A model generated the notes under the pieces. It was given only the letters and a program-made list of their open reading frames with translations. It did no database searches and was not told the DNA's origin. Below, piece after piece: positions 52,982 to 61,106 of a DNA stretch of 64,000 bases. The stretch covers positions 310,968-374,967 of the forward strand of contig CAVUJW010000023.1 of assembly GCA_963741915.1 (NCBI GenBank), written 5' to 3'. Every line of letters begins with the position of its first letter. The first letter of the stretch is position 1. This DNA comes from an uncultured Chloroflexia bacterium. GTDB lineage: Bacteria; Chloroflexota; Limnocylindria; Limnocylindrales; CSP1-4. Both the position numbers and the translations under genes were made by a program.

Positions 52982-55746
52982 GCCGGCACCATCACGATCG
53001 CCTGCTCGGCCGCGGGCTTCGTGCGCTCGAGGTGGGCGGCCACCTGGGCGACCGCCGCACCGGCGTGAAGGATCGAGTCCGCAATGTCCTTGGCACCCGA
53101 CGCCGCCCCGGCCACGAACACCCCGGGGATGCTCGTGGCGCCCGGGTTGAGATCCTCCTCGGGCTCGGCCACGTAGCTCCATTCGTCGAGCGAGAGCTCG
53201 CCCACCTCGAACAGCTGCTCGGCATCGTGGTTGGGCTGGACGCCCACCGCCAGCACGACCAGGTCGTACTCGGCCTCCACGATCCCGCCGCCGTTCTCGA
53301 TGTCCTCGTACCGGAGCACGAGATCCCCGGTGGGTGTCTCGCTGACGTCGGCGACGCGGCCCTTCACGTAGGTGGCGCCCATCGCCTTCGCCTGCTCGTA
53401 AAACTCGTCGTAGCGCTTGCCCGGCGCCCGGATGTCCATGTAGTGGACCGTGATGTCGGCGAGCGGCAGGGCGCCCATCAGCAGCTGGTTCTGCTTGATC
53501 GAGTACATGCAGCAGAACCGGGAGCACAGCGGGTTGCCGACGGTCTCGTCGCGCGACCCGGTGCACAGGATGTAGGCGATCCGCTCGGGGACCTTGCCGT
53601 CGCCCGGCCGGAGGATCGTGTTGAACGGCCGGGTGGGGGCCAGCAGCCGGTCCATCTGCATCCCGGTGATGACGTTCTTGAACCGGCCGAAGCCGTACTC
53701 GGGTTTAGCGTCGGCGGGGAACAGCTTGAAGCCCGTCGACACGACCACGGCGCCAACCTCCGCCTCGAGGTGCTGGTCGCGCGCGTGGAGGTCGATGCAG
53801 CCGTCGACGGGGCACGCGGCGACGCACTCGTTGCATTCGGAGCACACGGCGCAGTCGATGCACCGGCCGGCCGCGGCGAGGGCCTCGGCCTCGCTGAGCG
53901 GGGCTTCCACCTCCGAGAAGTCGACCGGGGTTGCCAGCAGCACGGTCGCACCCGGTGTCGGCGGCCGCGACGCGTACCCGCGCTGGCGCGCGAGGACCTG
54001 CGCCTTGTCCACGACCGGGAGCCGGTCGTCGAAGCCGTCCATGGTGCCGCCCGTCAGCCAGCGGTCGATCATGTGCGCGGCCCGCCGGCCCTCGCCCACG
54101 GCGCGCGTGATGTCGGTCGGGCCGTTGACCACGTCGCCCGCCGCGAAGATGAACGGAACCTCCGTCTGGCAGGTCGTGGGGTCGGCGCGCAGCGTGCCCC
54201 GGGGGTTCGTCGCGAGCCCGCCGTTGAACGCGCCGGTGTCGGCCACCATGCCGATCGCGCTGACCACGATGTCGCACGGGAGGACGAGCTCGCTGCCCGG
54301 GATCGGCTCCGGTCGTCGCCGGCCGGAGGCATCCGGAGCCCCCAGCTCCATCAACGTGCAGCGCAGGCCGCTGACGGCGCCCCGCTCGTCGCCCACGACC
54401 TCGGTCGGGGCGACCAGGAGGCTGAACTCGACGCCCTCGCGCTGTGCGTCGTCGGCCTCGACGTGGTGGGCCGGCATCTCGCCCCGGCCGCGGCGGTAGG
54501 CCACGGTCACCGACGAGGCGCCCAGCCGGCGCGCGGTCCGCGCGACGTCCATCGCCACGTTGCCGCCGCCCACGACCACCACGCGCCGGCCGGCGACGTC
54601 CAGCGGCTCGTCGAGCTTGACCTTGCGCAGGAAGTCGGTTCCGCCCAGCACGCCCAGCCGGTCCTCGCCCGGGACGCCCAGGTTCATCGAGCGGTTGGTC
54701 CCGGTCGCGACCAGCACGGCGTCGAAGCCGTCGGCCTTGAGCGCGGCGAGGTCCCGGACCGGGCTGTTGGTCGCGATCTCCACGCCCAGGGCCCGGACGT
54801 TGTCGATGTCGCGGTCCACGACCGCCTCCGGGAGGCGGTACGACGGGATGGCCAGCCGGAGATAGCCGCCGGGCTCGGGGGCCGCCTCGAAGATCTTCAC
54901 GAGGTAGCCCTTGCGGGCGAGCTGCCAGGCCGAGGTCAGGCCGGCCGGGCCGGACCCGACGATCGCGATCCGGCGCCCGTTCGCCGGGGCGACCTCGATG
55001 CCAGTGCCATCGCCGTGCTCGTCGTGCACGTCCGAGACGAACCGCTTGAGCCGCCGGATGGGCAGCGTCCCCTCCAGCGAGCCCCGGGTGCACTCGCCCT
55101 CGCAGGGGGCGTAGCAGGCGCGTCCCAGCGTGCCCACCAGGGGCGTGGCGTCGAGCACCAGGCGGTACGCCTTCTCGTACTCGCCGCTCCGGATGAGCGA
55201 GACGTAGCCGTGGGCCTGGATCCCGGCCGGGCAGGCGAACGAGCAGGGCGAGCTGCCGGCGCGGTCGATGACCGCCTTCTTGGGCACCGCCTGGGGGAAC
55301 GCGATGTGGGCGGCCCGCCGGGCGACCAGGTCCGCGTTGAACTGGTCGGGCACCGCCACCGTGCACGCGGTCTCGCACTTCTGGCAGCCGGTGCAGGCGT
55401 CGATGTCGACGAAGCGGGCCTTGCGGGTGACCGACGCATGGAACCGTCCGTCCGCGGACCTGCGGATCCCGTCGACCTCGCTGTAGGTGAGAGCGGTGAT
55501 GTTGGGGTGGTGGATCGTCGCCGCCATCTTGGGCGTCGAGATGCAGCTGGCGCAGTCGAGCGTCGGGAACACCTTCGACAGCAGGATCATCTTGCCGCCG
55601 ACGCTGGCCTCCCGTTCGACCAGCAGGACCCGGTAGCCCATGTCGCCCAGCTTGAGGGCGGACTCCATGCCGCCGATCCCGCTGCCCACGACCAGGACGT
55701 CGTAGTCCACCTTGCTCGCGGCGGGCACCGTGCACGCTTCGGTCAT
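52978..55746 (-). CDS. HdrA-like flavoprotein with an inserted GltD/NfnB-like NAD(P)H-binding module (HdrL-like), 922 aa
   Basis: ATG 55746 preceded by GAGG. The HdrA N-part is DVLVVGSGIGGMESALKLGDMG...FPTLDCASCISTPKM. The insert is CPAGIQAHGYV...ACYAPCEGEC...IAIVGSGPAGLTSAWQLARKG...VVVVGGGNVAMDVAR...IFAAGDVV. This is followed by CIDCAVCSECNECVAACP and the HdrA C-part CSRFCCMYSIK...VFVAGAASG. Confidence 0.85.
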   Translation of the reverse strand: MTEACTVPAASKVDYDVLVVGSGIGGMESALKLGDMGYRVLLVEREASVGGKMILLSKVFPTLDCASCISTPKMAATIHHPNITALTYSEVDGIRRSADGRFHASVTRKARFVDIDACTGCQKCETACTVAVPDQFNADLVARRAAHIAFPQAVPKKAVIDRAGSSPCSFACPAGIQAHGYVSLIRSGEYEKAYRLVLDATPLVGTLGRACYAPCEGECTRGSLEGTLPIRRLKRFVSDVHDEHGDGTGIEVAPANGRRIAIVGSGPAGLTSAWQLARKGYLVKIFEAAPEPGGYLRLAIPSYRLPEAVVDRDIDNVRALGVEIATNSPVRDLAALKADGFDAVLVATGTNRSMNLGVPGEDRLGVLGGTDFLRKVKLDEPLDVAGRRVVVVGGGNVAMDVARTARRLGASSVTVAYRRGRGEMPAHHVEADDAQREGVEFSLLVAPTEVVGDERGAVSGLRCTLMELGAPDASGRRRPEPIPGSELVLPCDIVVSAIGMVADTGAFNGGLATNPRGTLRADPTTCQTEVPFIFAAGDVVNGPTDITRAVGEGRRAAHMIDRWLTGGTMDGFDDRLPVVDKAQVLARQRGYASRPPTPGATVLLATPVDFSEVEAPLSEAEALAAAGRCIDCAVCSECNECVAACPVDGCIDLHARDQHLEAEVGAVVVSTGFKLFPADAKPEYGFGRFKNVITGMQMDRLLAPTRPFNTILRPGDGKVPERIAYILCTGSRDETVGNPLCSRFCCMYSIKQNQLLMGALPLADITVHYMDIRAPGKRYDEFYEQAKAMGATYVKGRVADVSETPTGDLVLRYEDIENGGGIVEAEYDLVVLAVGVQPNHDAEQLFEVGELSLDEWSYVAEPEEDLNPGATSIPGVFVAGAASGAKDIADSILHAGAAVAQVAAHLERTKPAAEQAIVMVPA

Positions 55747-55751
55747 CTCGG

Positions 55752-56192
55752 TCACCTCGCGGACGCCGGGCCGAGCGCGGCCAGGGCGCTCGAGAACTGG
55801 GTCACGTGCTTGGTGAACGGCTCGGAGCAGACGGAGCAGATGGCGGCCATCCGCACCCGGCCGTCCAGGCCGCGCTGCTTGAGCCGCTGCTGGGCGTCCG
55901 CGACGACCTTCGCCGAGCGCTTGCCGCAATCGGGCAGGTAGGCGCACTCGTCACCGTCCGAGGCCACGAACACCCCGTCGAACCCGGACTCGAGCGCGCG
56001 CACGATCCACGACGGCCGGATGCCGCTGGTGCACGGCAGGCCGATGACCCGCACGCCCGGCGAGTAGTGCATGTGGGCGCTGCCGGCCAGGTCGATGCCC
56101 GGGTCGGAGATGTTGTTCGTGGAGAACACGAGGATCCGCGGGACGAACGTGTCGCCCGGGGCCCGCGGCTCGGTGGCGGCGGGGGCAGACAT
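55752..56192 (-). CDS. MvhD/FlpD-like protein (methyl-viologen-reducing hydrogenase delta subunit family)
   Basis: 146-aa ORF. ILVFSTNNISDPGIDLAG...VIGLPCTSGIRPSWIVRALESGFDGVFVASDGDECAYLPDC fits the family pattern. Confidence 0.8.
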   Translation of the reverse strand: MSAPAATEPRAPGDTFVPRILVFSTNNISDPGIDLAGSAHMHYSPGVRVIGLPCTSGIRPSWIVRALESGFDGVFVASDGDECAYLPDCGKRSAKVVADAQQRLKQRGLDGRVRMAAICSVCSEPFTKHVTQFSSALAALGPASAR

Positions 56193-56252
56193 CGGCAGAC
56201 AGCTCCTGGCCGGCCCGCGGGGCGCCGGGCGCCCCGCGATGGCCGATCGTGA

Positions 56253-56513
56253 CTACTTGCGGCGGATGACGAACACGCGGTCGTAGCCGTCGGCGGCGAG
56301 CGACCCGAGGAACTCGTGGCCGACCTTGCCCGACCAGGCGCCGATGTCGGACTTGGTGACCGGGTCGGTCGACCAGATCTCGATCAGCGAGCCGATGGAC
56401 ACGGTGCCCATCGCCTTCTTGGCCTCGAGCAGCGGCCCCGGGCAGGCGGCGCCGCGGGCGTCGATCACCTTGTCGGGGGTCAGGGTCTGGAGCTGTTCCA
56501 GGGTGGCGGTCAT
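56253..56513 (-). CDS. TusA-family sulfurtransferase (SirA-like)
   Basis: 86 aa in the tail of track ORF 56253..56918. KVIDARGAACPGPLLEAKKAM carries the conserved Cys-Pro-x-Pro motif. Confidence 0.85.
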   Translation of the reverse strand: MTATLEQLQTLTPDKVIDARGAACPGPLLEAKKAMGTVSIGSLIEIWSTDPVTKSDIGAWSGKVGHEFLGSLAADGYDRVFVIRRK

Positions 56514-56527
56514 GGGATCGGTTCCTC

Positions 56528-56896
56528 CTAGTACACGAGGCTGTTGGTGGCCGAGGTGATCTCGGCGATGAAGCGGCCGGCGGCCACGATCTCCGCGCCC
56601 GGGACCAGGTCGTCCAGCGTGATCGAGCGGCTCTTGCAGCACGGCCCGCACACGAGCAGCTGACCGCCCATCTCGCGCACGTCGGCGAGCAGCTTGGCCA
56701 GCGGCGGGAACTCGGGCGCCTGGACCGTCTCGGCGACACCCGCCTTGACCAGGTCCACGCCCGGGCCCTGGAAGCCCATGACCACCTCCACGTCCGAGGC
56801 CAGGGCTGCCGCCGCCATCACGAACGGGATGGACGCGTGCTCCGGAAACTCCGGACCGTGCATCACCATGAACACGAGCTTCTCGGTATCCGCCAT
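56528..56896 (-). CDS. DsrE/DsrF-family sulfur relay protein
   Basis: 122-aa ORF. KLVFMVMHGPEFPEHASIPFVMA...LLVCGPCCKSRSI with conserved Cys. Confidence 0.8.
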   Translation of the reverse strand: MADTEKLVFMVMHGPEFPEHASIPFVMAAAALASDVEVVMGFQGPGVDLVKAGVAETVQAPEFPPLAKLLADVREMGGQLLVCGPCCKSRSITLDDLVPGAEIVAAGRFIAEITSATNSLVY

Positions 56897-56941
56897 GCAT
56901 GGCTCCTTGCGGGCCCAATGGGGCCCGGCGCTGAGAGGACG

Positions 56942-57349
56942 TCAGATGAACAGGACCTGGCCGTCTTCGGCGGCCATGAGGAAGGTCGCGATCCCGCCGG
57001 ACGCGTCGACCAGCGGGTCCATCGCGGTGATGTCGATGCCCAGCACGTCGAGCGACCCGGAGCAGGCGAGGATCGAGAGCTCACCCAGCTCCTTGGCCAT
57101 CCGGAACGTGTCCAGCCAGGGGATCGCCGCGGTGCCCTTGACCGGCCTGCTGGCGCCGGGCGCGGCGGCCTCGTAGGCCAGGCCATGGTCGACCTCGACC
57201 CGATCCGCCCGGAACGCGTCGAGCGCCCAGTACTGGAGCAGGATGTTGACCGGCCGGCCCATCGCGGCCGCGCCGGCCGCGAGCGTGGCCGCCGCGTGGA
57301 GCTTGTCGGCCGTGCCGGAGAACAGGACGATGGACAGGCTGTCGCTCAT
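56942..57349 (-). CDS. DsrE/DsrF/DsrH-like family protein
   Basis: MSDSLSIVLFSGTADKLHAAATLAAGAAAMGRPVNILLQYWALD...ILACSGSLDVLGI. The track ORF starts at 57376; 57349 avoids overlap with the upstream regulator. Confidence 0.7.
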   Translation of the reverse strand: MSDSLSIVLFSGTADKLHAAATLAAGAAAMGRPVNILLQYWALDAFRADRVEVDHGLAYEAAAPGASRPVKGTAAIPWLDTFRMAKELGELSILACSGSLDVLGIDITAMDPLVDASGGIATFLMAAEDGQVLFI

Positions 57350-57356
57350 GGGTGGG

Positions 57357-57842
57357 TCACCTTGTCGGGTTGGCATGCACGGCCGGCCCGCGATGGCGCG
57401 GCGCGGGACGAGGGATGGTGGTCCGTTCGGCGGCCGCGAGGCTGCCCAGCGCCGACAGGCGGCGCACGATGACGTTGCGCATCATGTCGCACGCGGCGAG
57501 GATCTCGGGATCGGCCAGCCGGTATCGGACCACGCGCCCGTCGCGGCCGGCCTCCACGAGCCCCACCGACCGCATGGCCGCCAGGTGCTGGGACACGGCC
57601 GCCTGGCCGAGGTCGAGCTCGCGGGCGAGCTCGGTGACCCCCAGGGTGTGCGCGCCCAGCAGGTGGATGATCCGCAGCCGGTGGGGGCTGGCCAGGGCGC
57701 GGATCAGCGCGATCTGGATCAGGTCGATCTCGTTGACGGGGTCGAACACCCGTGGCTCCTGTGCGGCGTTGCCGGCGACCTCCCGGTCGGTCGCCCACGG
57801 CGACCGGAGCATGGATGCGCGGCTTGTCTGTTCGTCATACAT
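57357..57842 (-). CDS. ArsR/SmtB-family transcriptional regulator
   Basis: LIQIALIRALASPHRLRIIHLLGAHTLGVTELARELDLGQAAVSQHLAAMRSVGLVEAGRDGRVVRYRL. The start is ATG 57842 or 57812. The track ORF 57357..57980 is longer. Confidence 0.75.
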   Translation of the reverse strand: MYDEQTSRASMLRSPWATDREVAGNAAQEPRVFDPVNEIDLIQIALIRALASPHRLRIIHLLGAHTLGVTELARELDLGQAAVSQHLAAMRSVGLVEAGRDGRVVRYRLADPEILAACDMMRNVIVRRLSALGSLAAAERTTIPRPAPRHRGPAVHANPTR

Positions 57843-57852
57843 ATATATATGT
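57839..57852. promoter_or_regulatory. 14-nt alternating-AT perfect palindrome ACATATATATATGT at the 5' end of the ArsR-type gene
   Basis: Read directly and highly atypical for this GC-rich DNA. It could be a -10/unwinding element or an operator. It overlaps the candidate start codon 57842. Confidence 0.4.
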
Positions 57853-58034
57853 CGATGACATGTATTCGCCCTGAGCCACTTGTCATGGATTGAGCGGGAC
57901 GGGCACGGACCGGGCGCTGCCGAACGACCCGTCGGGCGGGGACCGCTCCGCCGCCGGGCCGCGCGGGAGCTGACCGTCAACCGGCGACGCCCGGCGCCCG
58001 GGCCTCGTGCCGCGGGGGCTCAGGCCGCCAGGGT

Positions 58035-59153
58035 TCAGGCGGCGGGCAGCTCGATCTCGAACCGCGCGCCGGCGCCCGGCTCGTTGGCCGCGCGCACGCT
58101 GCCACCGTGGGCCTCGACGACGCCGCGGACGATCGCCAGGCCCAGCCCGGACGTCCCGGTGGACCGGTCGCGCGCCGGGTCCGCCTGGTAGAACCGCTCG
58201 AACACATGGGACAGGTCATCCGCCGCGATCCCCGCGCCCGAGTCCGTCACCGCGATCACCGTGCGGCCGGGCCCGGCAGCGGCCGCAGCCAGCCGGATCC
58301 AGCCTCCTGCGGGCGCATGCCGTAGGGCGTTGTCGCCCAGTGCCGCAAGGACCTGCCGCAGCCGATCCGGGTCGGCCGAGACCGTCACTCCCGGGGCCTC
58401 GGTCCACTCGACCCGGATCCCGGAGGCGGCCGCCTGGGCGTCCAGGTCGCGGGCCAGCGCGGCCAGCACCGGGGTCATCGGCAGCACCTGGCGCCGCAGC
58501 GGCAGGACGCCGGCATCGGCAAGGCTGACCGTCCGCAGGTCGTCCACGATCCGGCCCAGCAGGCGGGCCTGGTCGCGGATCGTGTCGAGGTGGCGGTCGT
58601 CGTGGTCGTAGACGCCGTCGAGCACCGCGGAGGTGGTGGCGTCGATCACCGCGAGCGGGGTCCGCAGCTCATGGGCGGCGTCCTGGAAGAACCGGCGCCG
58701 GGCCACCTCCGTGGCCTGGAGGTCCGCGGCCATCGCGTCGAACGAGCGCGCGAGCGACCCGATCTCGTCGCTCCGGCCCTCCAGCCCGGACCGGGCAGCG
58801 AGCTCGCCGCGGGCAACCGCGGCCGCGGCGTCCTCGAGCCGGCCCAGCGGGCGCGTCATCCGGCTCGCGATCGCCAGGCCGACCAGGCTGGCCAGGCCGG
58901 CTGCGACCACCGCGACCACCATGATCGTGACCGTCGTCTCCTGCTGGATCTGCGCCGCGTGCAGGCCGGCACCCGGACCGGGTCCCGGTCCCTGGCCCGG
59001 TCCGCGGCCGGCGCCCGTCCCCGTGCCCGTGCCGTCGGCCTCGAACGCCGCGAAGCCCCGGCCGACGATCGCCGGGGCGGTGAGGGCAACCGCGGCGGCG
59101 GTCAGCACCGCGACCAGCGCGAACGCGACGGCGAGGCGAACCCTGAGGCTCAC
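58035..59153 (-). CDS. sensor histidine kinase (HAMP-HisKA-HATPase)
   Basis: 372-aa ORF. H-box AAHELRTPLAVI and ATPase motifs GLGLAIVRGVVEAHGG. Confidence 0.88.
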   Translation of the reverse strand: MSLRVRLAVAFALVAVLTAAAVALTAPAIVGRGFAAFEADGTGTGTGAGRGPGQGPGPGPGAGLHAAQIQQETTVTIMVVAVVAAGLASLVGLAIASRMTRPLGRLEDAAAAVARGELAARSGLEGRSDEIGSLARSFDAMAADLQATEVARRRFFQDAAHELRTPLAVIDATTSAVLDGVYDHDDRHLDTIRDQARLLGRIVDDLRTVSLADAGVLPLRRQVLPMTPVLAALARDLDAQAAASGIRVEWTEAPGVTVSADPDRLRQVLAALGDNALRHAPAGGWIRLAAAAAGPGRTVIAVTDSGAGIAADDLSHVFERFYQADPARDRSTGTSGLGLAIVRGVVEAHGGSVRAANEPGAGARFEIELPAA

Positions 59154-59860
59154 GGTCGGGCGCCGCGGTAGCCGATCCCTCGGACCGTCTCGATGTACGG
59201 CCGGCCGTCCGGCCGGTCGCCGAGCTTGCGGCGCAGGTTCTTGACGTGCGAGTCGATGGTCCGGTCGAACGCCTCGAACGCCTCGCCGAACACGGCCGCG
59301 CCCAGCTGCTCGCGGGTGAGCGCCACGCCCGGATGGGCCGCCAGCGTTGCCAGCAGGTCGAGCTCGGCCCGGGTGAGCGGGACCACGGCGGCACCGCGGC
59401 GAACCTCGCGGGCGGCGCGATCGATCTGGAGATCGAGGTACGAGGTGATCGCGCTCGCGTCGGTCGCGCTCGCGTCGGTCGCCCCCGGCGTGGCGCCGGC
59501 GGCGCGACGCAGGACCGCACCCACCCGGGCAACGAGCTCGCGCGGCTCGAACGGCTTGGTCACGTAGTCGTCGGCCCCGATCTCGAGACCGGCCACGCGG
59601 TCGATGACCTCGTCTCGCGCGGTGAGCATGATCACGGCCGCGGGACTGCCGTCGGCGCGCAGCTCGCGCAGCACGTCGAACCCCGAGCGCCGCGGGAGCA
59701 TCACGTCCAGCACCACCAGGTCGGGCGGGTCCGCGCGGGCGAGCGCGAGCGCCGTCTCCCCGTCGAGCGCGGTCACGACCGCGTGCCCGTCGCGCACGAG
59801 GTAGGCGCGAACGACGTCGACGATGTGCGGCTCGTCGTCGACGACCAGGATGCGGGCCAT
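59150..59860 (-). CDS. OmpR-family response regulator
   Basis: ATG 59860 inside track ORF 59150..60046. MARILVVDDEPHIVDVV...VVLDVMLPRRSG...TVRGIGYR. Confidence 0.9.
   Translation of the reverse strand: MARILVVDDEPHIVDVVRAYLVRDGHAVVTALDGETALALARADPPDLVVLDVMLPRRSGFDVLRELRADGSPAAVIMLTARDEVIDRVAGLEIGADDYVTKPFEPRELVARVGAVLRRAAGATPGATDASATDASAITSYLDLQIDRAAREVRRGAAVVPLTRAELDLLATLAAHPGVALTREQLGAAVFGEAFEAFDRTIDSHVKNLRRKLGDRPDGRPYIETVRGIGYRGARP
59451..59480. repeat. in-frame 15-nt tandem duplication (gcgctcgcgtcggtc x2) in the response-regulator interdomain linker
   Basis: Read directly. It encodes ATDAS-ATDAS. Confidence 0.8.
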
Positions 59861-59921
59861 GGGATGAGCATAGGGAGACGGCCGGGCCGGCGAACAGGTC
59901 CGGTCGTCCCCCGATCGATCC

Positions 59922-60428
59922 CTAGGAGCTCGTGCCCGCGGGGCCGCTGCCGTCGCACACGCCGTTGCCGCTGCCACGACCGGCCCTGGGCCCTGCGCCG
60001 TTGCCCCTGGGCGCTGCGGCGCCCGGGCCTGCTCCGACGGCCGCACCGCGCATGCCGCCCACGGTGGCCTGGTTGACCATCGCCTTGGCCCGCACTGCCA
60101 GCTGCGCCTTGAGCTCGGCGGCCTGGGCCGCGGTCAGCGCCCCGTTGGCGACCCGGGCGTCGATGCGCGCGGTCCACTGCGCGACCAGCGCGTCGGTCAG
60201 CCGCTGGGGATCGACGTTCTTGCGCTCCGCGATCTGGGCGAGCGTCAGGCCCTCCTGGCGCATCGCCACGATCTCGCCCTGGCTCAGGCCCAGGATCGTG
60301 GTCAGCGTGGTCTGGGCCTGCACCTGGTCGCGGGCCTGCGTGCGCGGCCCCGCGGCCGACACCGTCGCGGCGAGCGCGAGGATCGCGAGCGCCGCGACGG
60401 CGAGCGGGATGGCGAGTCGTTTCATCAT
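59922..60428 (-). CDS. secreted helical protein, unknown function
   Basis: MMKRLAIPLAVAALAILALAATVSAAG is a signal peptide. The body is helix-prone and Ala/Gln-rich with a Gly-rich tail. It lies immediately upstream of the response regulator on the same strand. Confidence 0.55.
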   Translation of the reverse strand: MMKRLAIPLAVAALAILALAATVSAAGPRTQARDQVQAQTTLTTILGLSQGEIVAMRQEGLTLAQIAERKNVDPQRLTDALVAQWTARIDARVANGALTAAQAAELKAQLAVRAKAMVNQATVGGMRGAAVGAGPGAAAPRGNGAGPRAGRGSGNGVCDGSGPAGTSS

Positions 60429-60593
60429 CTGCCTCCGAGAGCGTATCGAGGCCGGTCTCGCCGGCGACACCGGTCCGGGTGCCGTCATCGATCGTCGGGG
60501 GCGCGGATGGACTGGCGATGGAGCGGGCATGGAGGGCGCGCGGAGGATCGGTCTCGCACCGGCGGCGACGAGCCAGGCGATCCGAACCGCCGC

Positions 60594-61106
60594 TCAGACG
60601 GCGCAGGCGGCGCCATCCCGGCGCTGCCGGAAACGCCAGGCCGTGGTCGCCGCGAGCAGCGCCAGGGCAACGGCACCGACCAGCGGCTGGAGCGGCGCCC
60701 AGATCGACAGCGCCCCGCTGGTCCCGAGCAGCACCAGGGCCACCTTGTTGCACACCGGGCACCCGATCGCGAGGAACGCGCCGAGGCCCGCGACCGTGCC
60801 CAGGCGGCCCGTCCGACGGTCATCGGCGGCGGCACCGGACTGCCGAACGATGCCCAGCGGCGCGGGGGTGACCGAGTGCGGCAGGCGCCGGGGCGCCGAA
60901 TAGGTCGCGCCGATCAGCCCCGCGAGCGGGGCGGAGGCGAGCCAGATCGCGATCGCGAACGGCTCCGGCGGGATCTGCCGGCCGAACACGGGGTTGGGGA
61001 TGATCGCCGCCACCAGCCCGAGCCCGATCAGGGTCAGCATCGCCCACGCAAGCGCCCAGCCGGCGAACCGCCGGTCGAGCGCGAGCGCCTCGAGGCAGCC
61101 CGTCAC
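60594..61106 (-). CDS. membrane protein with an intramembrane CPVC motif
   Basis: GTG 61106 (GTGA overlap with the rhodanese stop), in frame with track ORF 60594..61718. ...GAFLAIGCPVCNKVALVLLGTSGAL...; about 170 aa with 4-5 TM segments. Confidence 0.6.
   Translation of the reverse strand: MTGCLEALALDRRFAGWALAWAMLTLIGLGLVAAIIPNPVFGRQIPPEPFAIAIWLASAPLAGLIGATYSAPRRLPHSVTPAPLGIVRQSGAAADDRRTGRLGTVAGLGAFLAIGCPVCNKVALVLLGTSGALSIWAPLQPLVGAVALALLAATTAWRFRQRRDGAACAV

Noticed and set aside
53032-55941. 969-aa plus-strand ORF and 676-aa minus-strand ORF 53705..55735
   Set aside because: Alternative-frame shadows of the 922-aa HdrA/GltD fusion gene. They have no cofactor motifs, whereas the chosen frame carries multiple FAD, NAD(P)H and FeS motifs.
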